Part shown: positions 24,779-37,880 of the stretch, in pieces
How the letters are laid out: each line of letters begins with the position of its first letter
Numbering within the stretch: the first letter of the stretch is position 1
Assembly: GCF_036971445.1 (NCBI RefSeq)
Contig: NC_091478.1
Coordinates: forward strand, 11,904,001 to 11,968,000
Length of the DNA stretch: 64,000 nucleotides
Direction of reading: 5' to 3'
Origin: Narcine bancroftii
Lineage: Eukaryota
Position numbers and translations under genes: made by a program
The notes under the pieces: model-generated
Told to the model about the DNA's origin: nothing
Databases searched by the model: none
What the model saw: only the letters and a program-made list of their open reading frames with translations

Positions 24779-27283
24779 ACATTTAAAAACATTTCAATAA
24801 GCAAGAGATAGATGGTCCACAATCTGAGCAGACTGGGTCTATGCAGTTAAAAAGAAAGTTTTGCATTTATATGCCTCTTTTAAGACCCAAGAACATCCTA
24901 AACCACCTTACAGCCAAGCCCAATTACTGTTGTTACAAAGAGTGAATGAGTAGGACATGCAGAAATTAATGGTCAGGATATAAAATGCCAGTTACTTTGC
25001 AACCATGGCTGTGAAATAAGATCCAGAAAATACTGCAAGATATTTTTAGATGAGATAGAATAGATGGATTTAAAAGTTAGACAGTAAATAGAAATTATTT
25101 TAGCTCAGAAATAAAATAAATGAAAAAAGTTCTCATGGCGCCAAGAAAGAAAACATTTGTGGTATTTGCATATTGGTCCCCAACCAGGAATGAATTTTTA
25201 AGGCACAATGTACCTCTGGAAATTAGAGGAGCATGCAACAAGGGTATTAAAATCTAAATAAATATACCAAATAAATGAGGGAAGTTGGAGGTACATACAA
25301 CAGGGATAATGCAGTAATCATGCCAGACTTTATATATAGATTAGGAAAATCAATTTACATGATTGTTGCAAAACTAATTGCAGTGTGTGTGTGAGTGGTG
25401 AGGAGAAGGCAAAGACAATTTGGGGGATTACAGATAGATGGGTATGAATAGACTAGGACATGACAGATATACAGGGTGGTAAAATGTAAGGTCAACCATC
25501 TTGACAGAACAAATTTATTTTAAACTGATGAGATGTTGGTGTTTTCAAGGACTTGGATAACTTTGTACATGTATCACTGAAAGCTAATAATTTCAAGTTT
25601 CGGAGACAATTAAATCAAAATGAAAAGTTACTTTATTGGAAGATTTGAAGTTGAGGTGACTTGAATCCAAATAAGATAGCATATGGAATATTATAAACAA
25701 GTCTATTCTCCCCACCAAAGGAAGAACATACTTCTATGAAGGGGAATAATGAAGATTCACCAGAATGATTCCTGAAATGGAAGGTTTGCGAGTCAAAGCA
25801 GATTAAGCTTCTCAAGCTTGAAAGAATGAATTGGCTTAACACTTAACAGGGGAGATGCACAGTCAAGGTTGCCTGAACTAGATGTTACCGAATCAAAATA
25901 AAGGGTTACCCGCTCAGAGCAATGGTGCAACAGTTGGTGCTTCTTTCTCCCAGCTCCAGAAACCCAGGTTTGATCCTAATAATGGCTGTTGGCCTGCATG
26001 GATTTTGTATGTTCTTTGATTTATGGATTTTTATTTCCAGGCGCTCAATTTTTTTCCAAATCCCAAAATTGTGATGATATGTTAATTGGCTACAGTAAAA
26101 TACCCTTACATTTAATGGTAAAATAATCAAAGTAGAATTAATGAGCATGTGAAAGAACATTTGTAGAAGAATGCAGAAATAAGATGAGAGGAAATTGGAT
26201 TATTCTGCTAGGAGCTGGCATGCCTGAATGACCTCATTTGTGTCATAATTTGCAAGGTGAAAAGACAAGTATTGCAATTGATGACCCAAGATACACTCAG
26301 TTGCTGAGTATATTCAAGAGAGATTAATAATTTTTAGGTGTTAAGGGAAATGAAGAGATATGGTATCGAATGGCAGAGCAGATACAAAGGGCTGGATGGT
26401 CTTATGCTCTAATGCAGGGCTTCCCAAACTTTTTAGCTCATGGAACCCTTTTGGGGAGCACTTGGAAATCGCAGAACCGCAATCATCAATTTACAGTTTA
26501 AAAGACCTGATGTAAGAAAGTCAATAAACTCACCAGTAGTGGATAAACTACCACCCAGACAACAGTCAGTTTTAGTAAGGTCCCCCTGACCTTGCCCCTC
26601 ACTCCCCGCCACCCTTGGCTCCTTCCGCTGAGATGAGGTGCATTCTTGCCATGGGGTTTCTGGGTATTTCTGGCAGCCATGAAAATGGCCACTGCGCTGT
26701 TTAGTGTTCTGTGATGTTTGCCTCAGTCACTTTTCAAAAGACCAAGCACCCCAAGTTTCCTGAGTTTGGTTTGGCTCCCCCCCACGACTGCCATCTTGTC
26801 TCCCCCCCAACCCCCACCAAATCAAATTGAATTAAAGACAGAAGTAAAAAGTAGTTTAAAGAAAAATAAGGTAGATCATTATTACTCCCTGTCATTTCTT
26901 CTACAGAACCCCTATGCCTTTCCACTGAACTCGGTTTGGGAAATGTAATTCCAGGAGGGTGGCACAAAATGCTCCAACAAATGTGTATGGGCAAGGTAAC
27001 AAGTTTTAGTGATGTTGATTAGCCAACAGGTGTTCAACATTACTGCCCTGACCTTATTTTTAATGTTGTGCCAGTCGTGATCTCCTCTCTCATTCAAAAG
27101 GATGATGGAACTTCAAATCTGCATCATATTCAAAAAATGGCTCCTCCTTCAGTGGTGAAGAGTTTATGTGCCTATTCTGTGCTCAACTTTTTGGAATAGG
27201 GCGAAACGTGTAAAATTCAGACTTAAGTTGTGAAAGTGCTACCAAATCAGGCCACAGAAGCATATATACAATTCAATCTTTAC

Positions 27284-27437
27284 CTTGAATGGGTTTGGTG
27301 TACTCCTGAATCTCGCATCGGGCTGCTCCTGTAGCTACATCCCAAACAATTATCTTTCCTGTGGTATCTGCTGATGCCAAGCGCAGAGAATAAGGAGAAC
27401 CAATGTTATGGTGATAATTTTCCCTTGCCCATTTTAC
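27284..27437 (-). CDS. WDR11: WDR11 exon 3 (VKWARENYHHNIGSPYSLRLASADTTGKIIVWDVATGAARCEIQEYTKPIQ)
   Basis: Translated by hand; not in the ORF track. cag|GTA acceptor, CAAG|gtaaag donor. 154 nt. WD motif IIVWD. Confidence 0.95.
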
Positions 27438-27574
27438 CTGTGAAAATTAAAGTAGCCCTTGAAATTAGAAAAAAAAACAGGAAACTGTTAAAATTGTACA
27501 TTTGAAGCAATTTGTGATGTTCTGTATACTTAATCCTTCAGCAGAATTCAATCTAGACTTTTCAGATGCTCGTT

Positions 27575-28420
27575 TGTTCAGGTGCCTTGCCATTCAGTGT
27601 GGGCGATGATGGCTCTCCCCCCATCACTGTCTCTGAATTGTAGTTGTTGCCTCCCCTCTTTCTAATCCTGATGTTAATCCATCTCTCATTTTCATTCTAC
27701 ATCTGCCTCTGCTTCTTTTTCCTTCCAGCTTTCCAGTTGTAACTAAATGTTCTAATGTATCACTTCACATGATGTGTCCAAATAATTTTGATGGCTGTTT
27801 TCTTTTAAGTAATATAATAGAAACAACACAACTTTCCTCAACCCACTGGGGTGGCTGTATAACTTGAAGATAATATCAAGGGATATGGGGGAAAAGGCCA
27901 GAATTGGGACGAGATGTGAGAACAATTTAGCTCGGGATGGAGCGGCAGAGCAGACTCGATGGGCCGAGTGGCTTGCCTTTGTTCTTTTATCTTGTGAAAA
28001 TATGTTTTGTTTTTGTTCTTTGTAGAACATTTTTGTCTGTTATCCTGCCTGTACATGATATGCATAGCTTTCTTCTGAGAAACTACATCTCTGCTACATT
28101 GATTCTTTTTTCTATTGCATTTGCATTGGTCCATAACTCGCAGCCATACATCAATGTAGGAAAAATGTAGCAGCTGTGAGTTCTAAGGTGGACGTCAATT
28201 GCTACTTTCTTGTTCATTAGAATGGTTCTCATTTCTATAAATGCTGTTTTTGCCATTGTTATTCTTGTTTTTATGTCTATTTTGTATTTGCCATCAGATG
28301 GTACCCATGATCCAAGGTACTTGAAGCTGTGAACTTGTTTCATGATTTAATTTCCCAATACGATTCTACAATTTGGAATATCAGGTTTCTTTGATATTTC
28401 CATTACTTCAGTTTTCAGAT
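27575..28420 (-). mobile_element. Old RTE-clade LINE 3' fragment, interrupted by a CR1 tail (~27850-27997)
   Basis: ORF 28083..28343 (FKYLGSWV...IKTRITMAKTAF...CYIFPTLMYGCELW) resembles the C-terminal region of RTE reverse transcriptase. Confidence 0.7.
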
Positions 28421-29199
28421 GTTAGTAGCTCCTAAACAAACAACTCAGAAATCAGAATAAAACAATATACATACTTCCCCTTTAATTCAGTTAGTGAAAA
28501 TATCTCAAGAAACATCCGACTGTTTGGTTCCATTCAGAAAGCATGAAGAGGCTTCAAAGTGCTTTCACTAATTCAAGATTTTCAAACCATACAAATCCAG
28601 GTTATCAAGAAGCCTACGGAAAAATACTGAGGATTCCATAGGTACTGGTTTAATACTTGCAGACGACATCTTATGTTCATTTGGAAAGCATGTAATTAGC
28701 CTCTGGCGACAGTGCTATCTTTCAACTAAGCCGACAACATTCTTGAAATCATGGGTATAGTAGCACCAAGAATTAAATTAAACCTAGATGGGAATTTTTA
28801 TGACTTTATTACAGATTATCCTAAAGCAAAATTAACTCCATAATTTTATGCTCCCTTCCATGATTTGACTACAAGTTAGAAACAAAAAAAATCTCATATA
28901 GAACAAGCCAAAAAATTTTAAAACAGAATAATGCTGCTATGAATTTCAGAGGATTATCTTGCAAGTTGATGGCTTAATTTCTCTTACAGGGTAGTTGACC
29001 AATTCAGATACACTGTTCATGCAAGTTACGCAACAGCTCTTGAGGCATTTAACACCCATATTTTGCACAAGGAAAAGTGAGGCAGTAAGAATTTTTTGCA
29101 AAGCACCCTGATGAAATCCTACCAAGCACAAAAGCTACACATTTAATTCCTAAGATTTGGCTTGTACTCTAAAAAGGTACAAAAATAACAATATTCTTA

Positions 29200-29612
29200 C
29201 AGCACAGAAAAGAGGCCCTTTTGGTCCTTCTAGACTGTGCCAAACTATTATTGTCTAGTTCCACTAACCTGCATCCAGTTCATAGCCCTCTGTACCCCTC
29301 CCATCCATATAGCTGTCCAAATTTTTCTTGCATGTGAAAATTGAGCCTGCATTCACCACTTCAGCTGAAGAAATTCCTCCTACTCTTAACCCATGTTCTC
29401 TGATTTGTGCCTCACCTAACCTCAGTGGAAAAAGCCTAATTGCATTTACTCTAAATGTATCCCTCATAATTTTGTATACCTCTACCAAATCTCCCTTCGT
29501 TCTTTTATGCTCCAGGGAATAGAGTCCTAACCTGATTAACCTTTTCCTATAACTCAGTTTCTGAAGTCCTGGCAACATCCTAGTAAATTTTCTCTGTACT
29601 CTTTCAATCTTA
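29200..29612 (-). mobile_element. CR1 LINE 3' fragment (representative; other CR1 pieces near 960-1830, 9800-10230, 18830-20040, 30770-31200, 42020-43510, 46270-47600)
   Basis: ORF 29264..29632 (IERVQRKFTRMLPGL..LSY..RL..LGLYSLE...GDLVEVYKIM) is the typical CR1 ORF2 C-terminus. Confidence 0.85.
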
Positions 29613-32033
29613 GACCTGAAAACAAACCTCACTGCACCAACTTTATCATTGTCAAAGGATACACAGTATTGAATTATAAAAATAGGAAAGACATTTTAGA
29701 ATCAGTGCTTCTAAACCAATAAATTGCCATCACATAAAAATCAAAAGTAGCATGCAGATGCTGGAAATCTAATCCAAAAAAAATAGAAAGTGTTTGAAAA
29801 ATTCATAAGATCAGGCACTGTGGAAAGAGGTACAGGTTAAAAATTCTTAATGATAATTATCAAAGGATCTCAGAGTTAAGATTTCAGGTTAAAGAAACTT
29901 TGCCAGTCCTCATGATAGGCTTCTGAATTAAAATGTTAAATCTGTTTCACTTTTTACAGGTATTCCCTGACATGTTCAGTATTTTCCAGTAAAAATACAA
30001 AATGCTGGAGAAGCTTAGCAGGTTAAACAGTGCCCTTTATGTAGTAAAGGCAAAGATCCATAAATGCCATTTCTAGTTTGAACCCTTCACCAAATTATTT
30101 TCACTAAATCCCTTCATCAAAGCATCAAAGTATGCTCAGTATTTCCAGATTTTTTGGTTTTAAAATTTGTTCACTTCTCTTGATTTAGTGAGATCAAATA
30201 TTGCCCAGTTACCAGTAACTTAGAAGTATCCTTTTGGTTTCATCTATGGAAAATGGATGATCTTTGGCTCACTCCAAAATACAAACAAAACTAACATATT
30301 ACAGGTATGTTGCGTTGCTCAAATACATCCTTTCTTGGGTGTGGAGATCACACACTTCTCCAGATGAAATCTCATCAAGGCCCTGTACAATTTCAATAAG
30401 ATTTACTTACTCCCTATAACTAAACCTATTCATGATAAAGGCCAACATATCATTTGCCTTCCTAACCTTGACCGTTGGTAACAGGCACACATTAAGTCAC
30501 TTTGAATATCAATGCTTCCAAACAATAAAAATTCAAGAGATACAGTTCAGCAATGGTAAAGTTAATTTTCTATATCAGATAAATTGCAAGGGTCAAAACT
30601 GATTATGCTTCTACTAAACTTTCACGCATATTTAAATGAACAAATTCTAATGTTCACTGTTTGCATTTCTGTACCAGTGTTAACAAAATAACATTTAAAG
30701 ATGCTTCATGCTATCAAGAAAAAAATTGATATTGAACCACAGTAGGACATGTGGCCCAAGTGTTCTCTAAAATATATTATCTGGGATACCAGAAGGTTAA
30801 TATATGAGTAGCATTTGATGGTTCTGGGCCTATACTCGTTGGGGTTTAGAAGGATGAGGGAGGATCTCTCAAATCTATCGAATATTAAAATCCTGAATAA
30901 AGGTGACATGGAAGGATGTCTCCAGTCATGGGAGAGTCTTGGACCAGAGGGCACACTTTGGAACAGAAATGAGAAGACATTTCTAAAGCCAGAGGGTGGT
31001 GAATCTGTGGAATTCATTGCCACAAATGGCTGTGGAGGCCAAGTCACTGGGTTTATTTAAAGTGAAGTTGGATAGGTTCTTGAATAGAAAGGGTGTCATA
31101 AAGGTTATGGGGAGAAGGCAGGAGAATGGGTTGAGAGGAAAAATATATCAGCTATGAGTGCAGAGTAGACGATGGACTGATTAATTCTGCTACTACATGT
31201 TATGGTTTGGAGAAGCACCTTTTGGACAAACAGTGTTAATGACTCAAAAAATATTTTATACTTTTGGTGTCTTTCCAGAGACCAAACCTGTTTGCCCTTT
31301 CCACATAGGCCACAACCTTTTCATTCCTGGTTTCATCCTCAGGAGCCTTCTCTTGTGCCCCAATCTCTTATTTGTAATGCAGTGTCCAATTCTATGCAGA
31401 TTAATTCAAAACTGCTCTACATAAAGTTCAATACAACACTAGCCCAATTTATCTACTTTTTAATTTATTCTCTGGAGATGAATGAAGAATAATGCTTTGT
31501 TTGCTTTCTTTAAAAAAATGTCACTGTTAACCTATATTGCTATTTTTAGTCATTTGTGCTTGTGTATAGCTATTCCTAAGTTTACAAAAGTGATGCATTC
31601 CTAAAAATGTTTTGTTAAGCAAAATTTTGTAAGTTTAAAAAGTTGAGTGAAACTCACTGCTGCTATCAGGAAAGAGGAAAAGGAGCCATACAAAACTCGA
31701 ACCACAGGTTCAGAAGCAGATGCAACCCCTCAATCATCAGGTGGCTAAACAACAACCTCGATCATTTAAGGACATTTACTTTGCACAATATTTATTACTG
31801 AATTTTTTTTGTCATTTTCTCTATCAGTTTTATTTACATTTCTTTCTTTTTTTTTTAAATCTTTTGTACATATTTTCTTTTTTCTTGAACACAGTTTACA
31901 GTTACCAATAAGTAGAAATTCTGCCTGGCCCACAGAAAAAAAGAATGTCTTGCATATACTCTGACAATAAATTTGAGCTTTTATTATGAATGTGCAATTT
32001 AATGTGTGCTACAAAGTGACCAATTAGGATTAC

Positions 32034-32145
32034 CTTCACAACATTTGCTTTATGCCCTTCCAGAACCTGAATTGTCTGCGAAGTGCTCGGATCAATGACC
32101 AAAACGAGCGAATGGCAGCCATGGGCAATTAATCTTTGCCAACCC
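32034..32145 (-). CDS. WDR11: WDR11 exon 2 (GWQRLIAHGCHSLVLVIDPSTSQTIQVLEGHKANVVK)
   Basis: Acceptor ttcttccag|G completes the Trp codon from exon 1. Donor AAG|gtaat. 112 nt. Confidence 0.95.
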
Positions 32146-32831
32146 CTGGAAGAAAACAATGCAGTTAAGAATTTAAAACCAGAAAACAAAGTGTAATAAT
32201 TCAATTTCAGAACAAGAAAGAGCAATGCAATGTTATTTTAAAGAACTAGTTCCAAATCAACTGCTCATTCAATGTAATTACTTAATGCAACTGTTTTATT
32301 ATTTGTATTCAAATTGGGGTCATTGCTTGAAAGAGTAACATTTATGATATGTGAAAGAAGATGGAAAGGAGGCTTCACTGAGTAGAGAGATTGAAGAACT
32401 AGGGTCCATGTTACAGGATAAAGAGTCACCAATTTAAGTGGAGACAGAAAATAATTTCTTCTCTCAGAAGTTGAACTTCTCCAAACCACAAAGTTGTAAA
32501 TGCTAAATCAACAAGTATAATGCAGACAAAGATCTAAATCAACAGTAATGAGCAATAAGAAAGTGGAGCTGAGCTTTAGATCAGTTTAAACACAATCGCA
32601 CTGAATGATGGAGCAGGTTTGAGGAGCTATTTGGTCTACTCTTGTGTTTTTATGGCCTCAATTGATATTGTGAAGATAGCAGCATGACATACAACCCTGA
32701 GATTATTTTTCCTGTAGGCAGGCTGAATTTCTGCTGATTACTGGTGCAAAAAAAAGTTGGTACATTTGGACTAATAACCTTAATTTGAGTATTATTCAAT
32801 GATTACCGGTATTTCTTCAGGCTACGTAGCA

Positions 32832-33752
32832 TTTCTTTGGCTTGGCTTCGCGGACGAAGATTTATGGAGGGGGTAAAAAGTCCACGTCAGCTGCAGGCTC
32901 GTTTGTGGCTGACAAGTCCGATGCGGGACAGGCAGACACGATTGCAGCGGTTGCAGGGGAAAATTGGTTGGTTGGGGTTGGGTGTTGGGTTTTTCCTCCT
33001 TTGCCTTTTGTCAGTGAGGTGGGCTCTGCGGTCTTCTTCAAAGGAGGTTGCTGCCCGCCAAACTGTGAGGCGCCAAGATGCACGGTTTGAGGCGTTATCA
33101 GCCCACTGGCGGTGGTCAATGTGGCAGGCACCAAGAGATTTCTTTAGGCAGTCCTTGTACCTTTTCTTTGGTGCACCTCTGTCACGGTGGCCAGTGGAGA
33201 GCTCGCCATATAACACGATCTTGGGAAGGCGATGGTCCACCATTCTGGAGACGTGACCCACCCAGCGCAGCTGGATCTTCAGCAGCGTGGACTCGATGCT
33301 GTCGACCTCTGCCATCTCGAGTACTTCGACGTTAGGGATGAAAGCGCTCCAATGGATGTTGAGGATGGAGCGGAGACAACGCTGGTGGAAGCGTTCTAGG
33401 AGCCGTAGGTGGTGCCGGTAGAGGACCCATGATTCGGAGCCGAACAGGAGTGTGGGTATGACAACGGCTCTGTATACGCTTATCTTTGTGAGGTTTTTCA
33501 GTTGGTTGTTTTTCCAGACTCTTTTGTGTAGTCTTCCAAAGGCGCTATTTGCCTTGGCGAGTCTGTTGTCTATCTCATTGTCGATCCTTGCATCTGATGA
33601 AAATGCAGCCGAGATAGGTAAACTGGTTGACCGTTTTGAGTTTTGTGTGCCCGATGGAGATGTGGGGGGGCTGGTAGTCATGGTGGGGAGCTGGCTGATG
33701 GAGGACCTCAGTTTTCTTCAGGCTGACTTCCAGGCCAAACATTTTGGCAGTT
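32832..33752 (-). mobile_element. Young 5'-truncated RTE-clade LINE (RT C-terminus plus C2H2 finger)
   Basis: ORF 32887..33681 (RLAKANSAFGRL...VYRAVVIPTLLFGSESW...QLRWVGHV...CNRCNRVCLSRIGLVSHKRAC). One frameshift near 33603 separates the upstream FGLEVSLKKTEVL...FTYLGC. CpG-rich, with a CCAAGCCAAAGAAA tail. Confidence 0.9.
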
Positions 33753-33967
33753 ACTAGGGTTCAAAATGCCCAAGTGATCTTCTTCTAAGATTTTGTTTCC
33801 GGGTCTCTTCTGAACCCGATTTCATATCAAATTCTACCCATTTAATTTACCAACTTTTTTCAGTTTAGTTCATCATCCTTAACTTCAGTTTTAGATGCAA
33901 CCTTGATGATGAACCTATTGAAGTCCCAAGTGTTCTGTTTCACTGAGAACAATGTGGACAGCTCATA

Positions 33968-34325
33968 GAGTACAACTCCGATTATCCAAAATGGTCAGGA
34001 CCGGGTCTATTTCAGATAAACTATTTTTTTCCAGTGAACTGGTCATTTTTGAAAAACAGCCCAGTAGCAACACAAATCACTTCTAACAGTGTTCAGCCAA
34101 CAACAACAAGGAAAGGCTTTTTAAGCATTAAAATGTTTAATTCTCACCAAAAAAAAAAATGCTGGCCACCATCAATCACGACACCTCCCCGCCAAGGCCC
34201 CACTGCTGCCAGGAGCCCAACATCCCCACTCCTGCCCGGGAGCCCGACGTCCCTGGTCAGTTTGGCTCCAAAAAAATTTCAGATAAATGAGGATTTCTGA
34301 CTTTGGCTAATCGGAGTCGTATGTG
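33968..34325. mobile_element. Tc1/mariner-type MITE
   Basis: Imperfect TIRs TACAACTCCGATTATCCAAA / TTTGGCTAATCGGAGTCGTA. Confidence 0.6.
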
Positions 34326-34786
34326 TTTTCAGCACATTTGGTTTTAAAATGAGAGTCCAGGTCTCACAATGCCAGACATCATTTTAGCACGTTCTGTAAG
34401 TGCATTACCTGGCCCAACACTCTGAAACAACTTTCGATATTCTAAATCCAAGGAAGAAAATTATTCCAATGCTTTGCGTTATATCTGTTTCTTCCACTTA
34501 ATCATCTTAACTGGTAGCAGTTACCTTACTTGGGGTTCTGTAATTCATTACTTCATGCAAGTCCATTTGCACTGATTATTTATTTAATAGGTTATTGGCA
34601 AATGTATCAACTTTCAAAATGACTGAGAATTAAATTATTCAGAAACTGGTATCTTCAAGTCACATGGCATCTGTTGTGTAAGATTAATATAGTTAGGAAT
34701 GTTATATTTGATTTGAATTGGGCACATTGTACAGTGCAAATGACTAACAACAAAATGGTCCCGATCCTTCGCATAAGCCTTTAAAA

Positions 34787-34913
34787 CAGTGATTCTCAAC
34801 CTTCCTTTTCCATTCGCATACCACTTTAAGTAATCCCTATGCCATCGGTCCTCTGTGATTACCAAGGGATTGCTTAAGGTGGTATGTGAGTGGAAAAAGG
34901 TTGCAAACCACTG
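34787..34913. mobile_element. Single-hairpin hAT MITE (monomer of the composite element)
   Basis: CAGTGATT...AACCACTG termini, palindromic body, exact 8-bp TSD CTTTAAAA (34779-34786 and 34914-34921). Confidence 0.88.
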
Positions 34914-35184
34914 CTTTAAAACTATTTTTGTTAATGTACACCTTTGCTTTGAAAAAAATCACACTAATTCTGATTGTCCAGATTAAAATGATCAGAAATC
35001 TGAAAGAATAAAGCAATATAATATCATTTACATGAATAGTCAGATACACACTCCAGGTTCAAACTTGATTCCCCTGAAATAACAAGTCATTAAGTCTCAA
35101 AATAATCTAAAACTTTTAGCTGTAAAGTCGTATTATTATCTTTAAAATAATCTTAGGATCAATTTTAGCCAAAAATAACATTAA

Positions 35185-35372
35185 CTCTTTGAAGTCTAGC
35201 CATTTTTGACCTTTCATAATATATACTCTGGTCTGGATCCATGGGTAAACTACAGTAAGAACACCAGTACAAATGAGCTGGTGGTTAGGTATAAAACCAT
35301 TCCTGGAAAACAGGGACATGGAGTATATGCACTTATTGGTAGTCCCTGAAAACTGGGACACAGAGTCCAGGG
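35185..35372. mobile_element. piggyBac-type MITE
   Basis: TTAA on both sides (35181-35184 and 35373-35376). Colinear with 21905-22140. Confidence 0.72.
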
Positions 35373-37440
35373 TTAACTTCCAATTCCATCTGCTATGATA
35401 CAAACAGCAGCTGGTTAGCAAGTAGTAATGAGTACTAAAATCTGCCAGGATTTTAAAGAGTCATCTCAGTTAAGAGAATTCTGCTTTGACTGTGCCCCAA
35501 TGCATAAATTAGTGTTAATTAAAGAATTCAATAATCATGTTTAACATTCCTGATCAAATTCAAATGGGAAAATATCACTATATAGCCCCTTTCACATCGC
35601 TGCTAAAAGACAGAATTAACTGCCTTTTAACTACTTTTCCTACCTGTATAAACGCAATGAAGGTGGAATGAGGGGTGTCATTTTCATCCCATATCTGGTA
35701 CTACCAAGGTAGGTGGTATCAGAGCCGATGCATTTTGTAACAGCTTTCTGTCTAAAAGACTGACCCACCCTGCTGGGTCCAGGACAGGAAAAGGCTGTGA
35801 CCTCTTGATGACGTTTAATATGTGCAACCTGTCACTCACAAAGGGCGGGGAGGGGAGAGTGGTAGCAAGGGATGATCTCCCCCCCTCCCCCAACAGTTCG
35901 CCACCAGCCCCGACACTGATCAATGAACTGTGAAGATATCAGATTGCTAACTACATCCATTGCAAACAAACGAGGTATGACTGGACCTGGCATCAGTGGC
36001 ACACATTAAGGCATTAAGGTGTCTGGCTCCAAAGTAATGCGAGGAAACATCCTCTGTTTCAAGCTTACATGTAAAACCAAGGAAGATATGGTTTGAATAT
36101 CCCAGATAGTTACCTGTTCAGCAGTCTCCTGAACAATGATTATTTCACATATGATGAGCCTGTCACACATTATCATTGTTTCCAACATGTACAAAGCACG
36201 ATACATTTTGATTTTGGGAGACTGTCCTGTCTGATCACCCCAAATGAATAACTGCATTGAAATTGAACAAATGGACCATGTAGGCCCTGATTTGGCCTCT
36301 AAGTAGCTATTCACCCAACATATCAATTCTGTAAATGTAAGGATGTATTAAGAAAATACTAGGATATTCAAATCACAAAAGTGGCACAATGAACATGTCC
36401 AACATGTGGGAATCCAACAACCTTACACTGACATCCAATGCACCTATTGAATCATTTGCTATCAACATCTTTGGAGTCTTCTAGAGTACAGTTTTTTTTT
36501 GTAAAGGTACTACTGATAAGTAGAAATTCTGTGCGGTCCAAGGGAAAAGAACCTCAGGGTTGTATGTGATATCATGTTTGTACTCTGACAATAAATTTGA
36601 ACATTGAATTACAAAAAAAAACACATCTTTAGAATCTAGGTTATCAAACATGTTTATCTTTAAGCTATGGTTCATTGGGTTCTCTCAAAATGTAGCAGTG
36701 GCAAACTTAATTCAAGTAACATGCCGGTTTAATTACCATTAATAAACATCAGTTCAGAGTTTGAAGCATCAAAGCAACTGGATAAATAAAAACTTAATAA
36801 AATGTATCAATTTAGACAGAAAACACATCCCATAAAGAATGGAAATTTGCAAATGTTTTCTGTAGTGGTCTTATTTTTTGTGCACCAAAGAAAGCAGAAG
36901 CTAGATATTGAACAAAATATACATTTGCTTTTTTTTTTAAATACCGTATCAGTTGGCCAAAGTACAGTTTCAGCCTCCATTTATCAAGAACATAACACGT
37001 TTGTGTTTACAGTGTATCACGATGAAACTATGGGAGGAGAGGAGCATTTGATAGTGGAGAAATTGGTATCAGGGTGAGGAAGAGAGAGGTAGAGCAAGAG
37101 AGTTTATTCCAGACAATATCATCTCGATTTGAATCGCAGAAGAGCAGAAACATGCACATATCCCAATGGACAAAAAGGAACAAATTAGTAGCATGGTGAG
37201 GTATCCAACAACTTCTGTTATCACTGAGCCAACATAAATTAAACTATCTATGGATACTCCAAATGTAATTTGATGTAACGTTTCCTTTTCCCTCTTTGTC
37301 TAAAGTTCTGCATTTTCTGATACTATTATTTAGGATGAATTGCACAGAAAGCAAAACTTTCAAAGGATAAATGGCCCCTACACTGAATTTGGACAGCATA
37401 TATTTTTGGGAATTAAACAAGAAAGCTTGCAGACACTGTT

Positions 37441-37880
37441 GGCCCTTTCAAACTGCTGTGTAAAGTGGGGTTAACAGGGCAGTTTAGTTTATCACCCCAG
37501 TTACGCAGCAGTATGAAGGGATCCAACCGGGTCAACCCCGTCGGAACTCAACCAGGACCCTGACCTATCTCAGAGGTAGTCAGCGAACCCAGTTAAACTT
37601 ACCTAGGTCAAGTCCAAGGCCGATTTGAAAATGAAAAATGGACGACCCGTTATTCCAATGACATCAGCGCTTGAGCGCGTGCACCACTGGGCAGCCAGCA
37701 TCTGAGCATCCAGTGAGTGTGTGATGTGTCAATTGTGGAGGCGGAATTCCCTTAAACCACTGGGTTGGCAATTTAATGGGTAGATCCCCCTGTGATTTGA
37801 AAGGTCCTTCTAACACCTTTCCCCCAGTAATCACAGCTGGATCCCAGGAGGGCTACCCAGGTGTTGCATTAGAAAGGGCT
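37441..37880. mobile_element. PIF/Harbinger-like MITE
   Basis: Imperfect TIRs GGCCCTTTCAAACTGC / GCATTAGAAAGGGCT. It appears to interrupt an older repeat. Confidence 0.5.

Noticed and set aside
26415-26945. hAT-like element starting CAGGGCTTCCCAAACT
   Set aside because: The right TIR is only partly present and no TSD could be confirmed.
32887-33681. Independent 264-aa host gene
   Set aside because: It is the 5'-truncated, frameshifted ORF end of an RTE LINE, and its N-terminal residues are out of frame.
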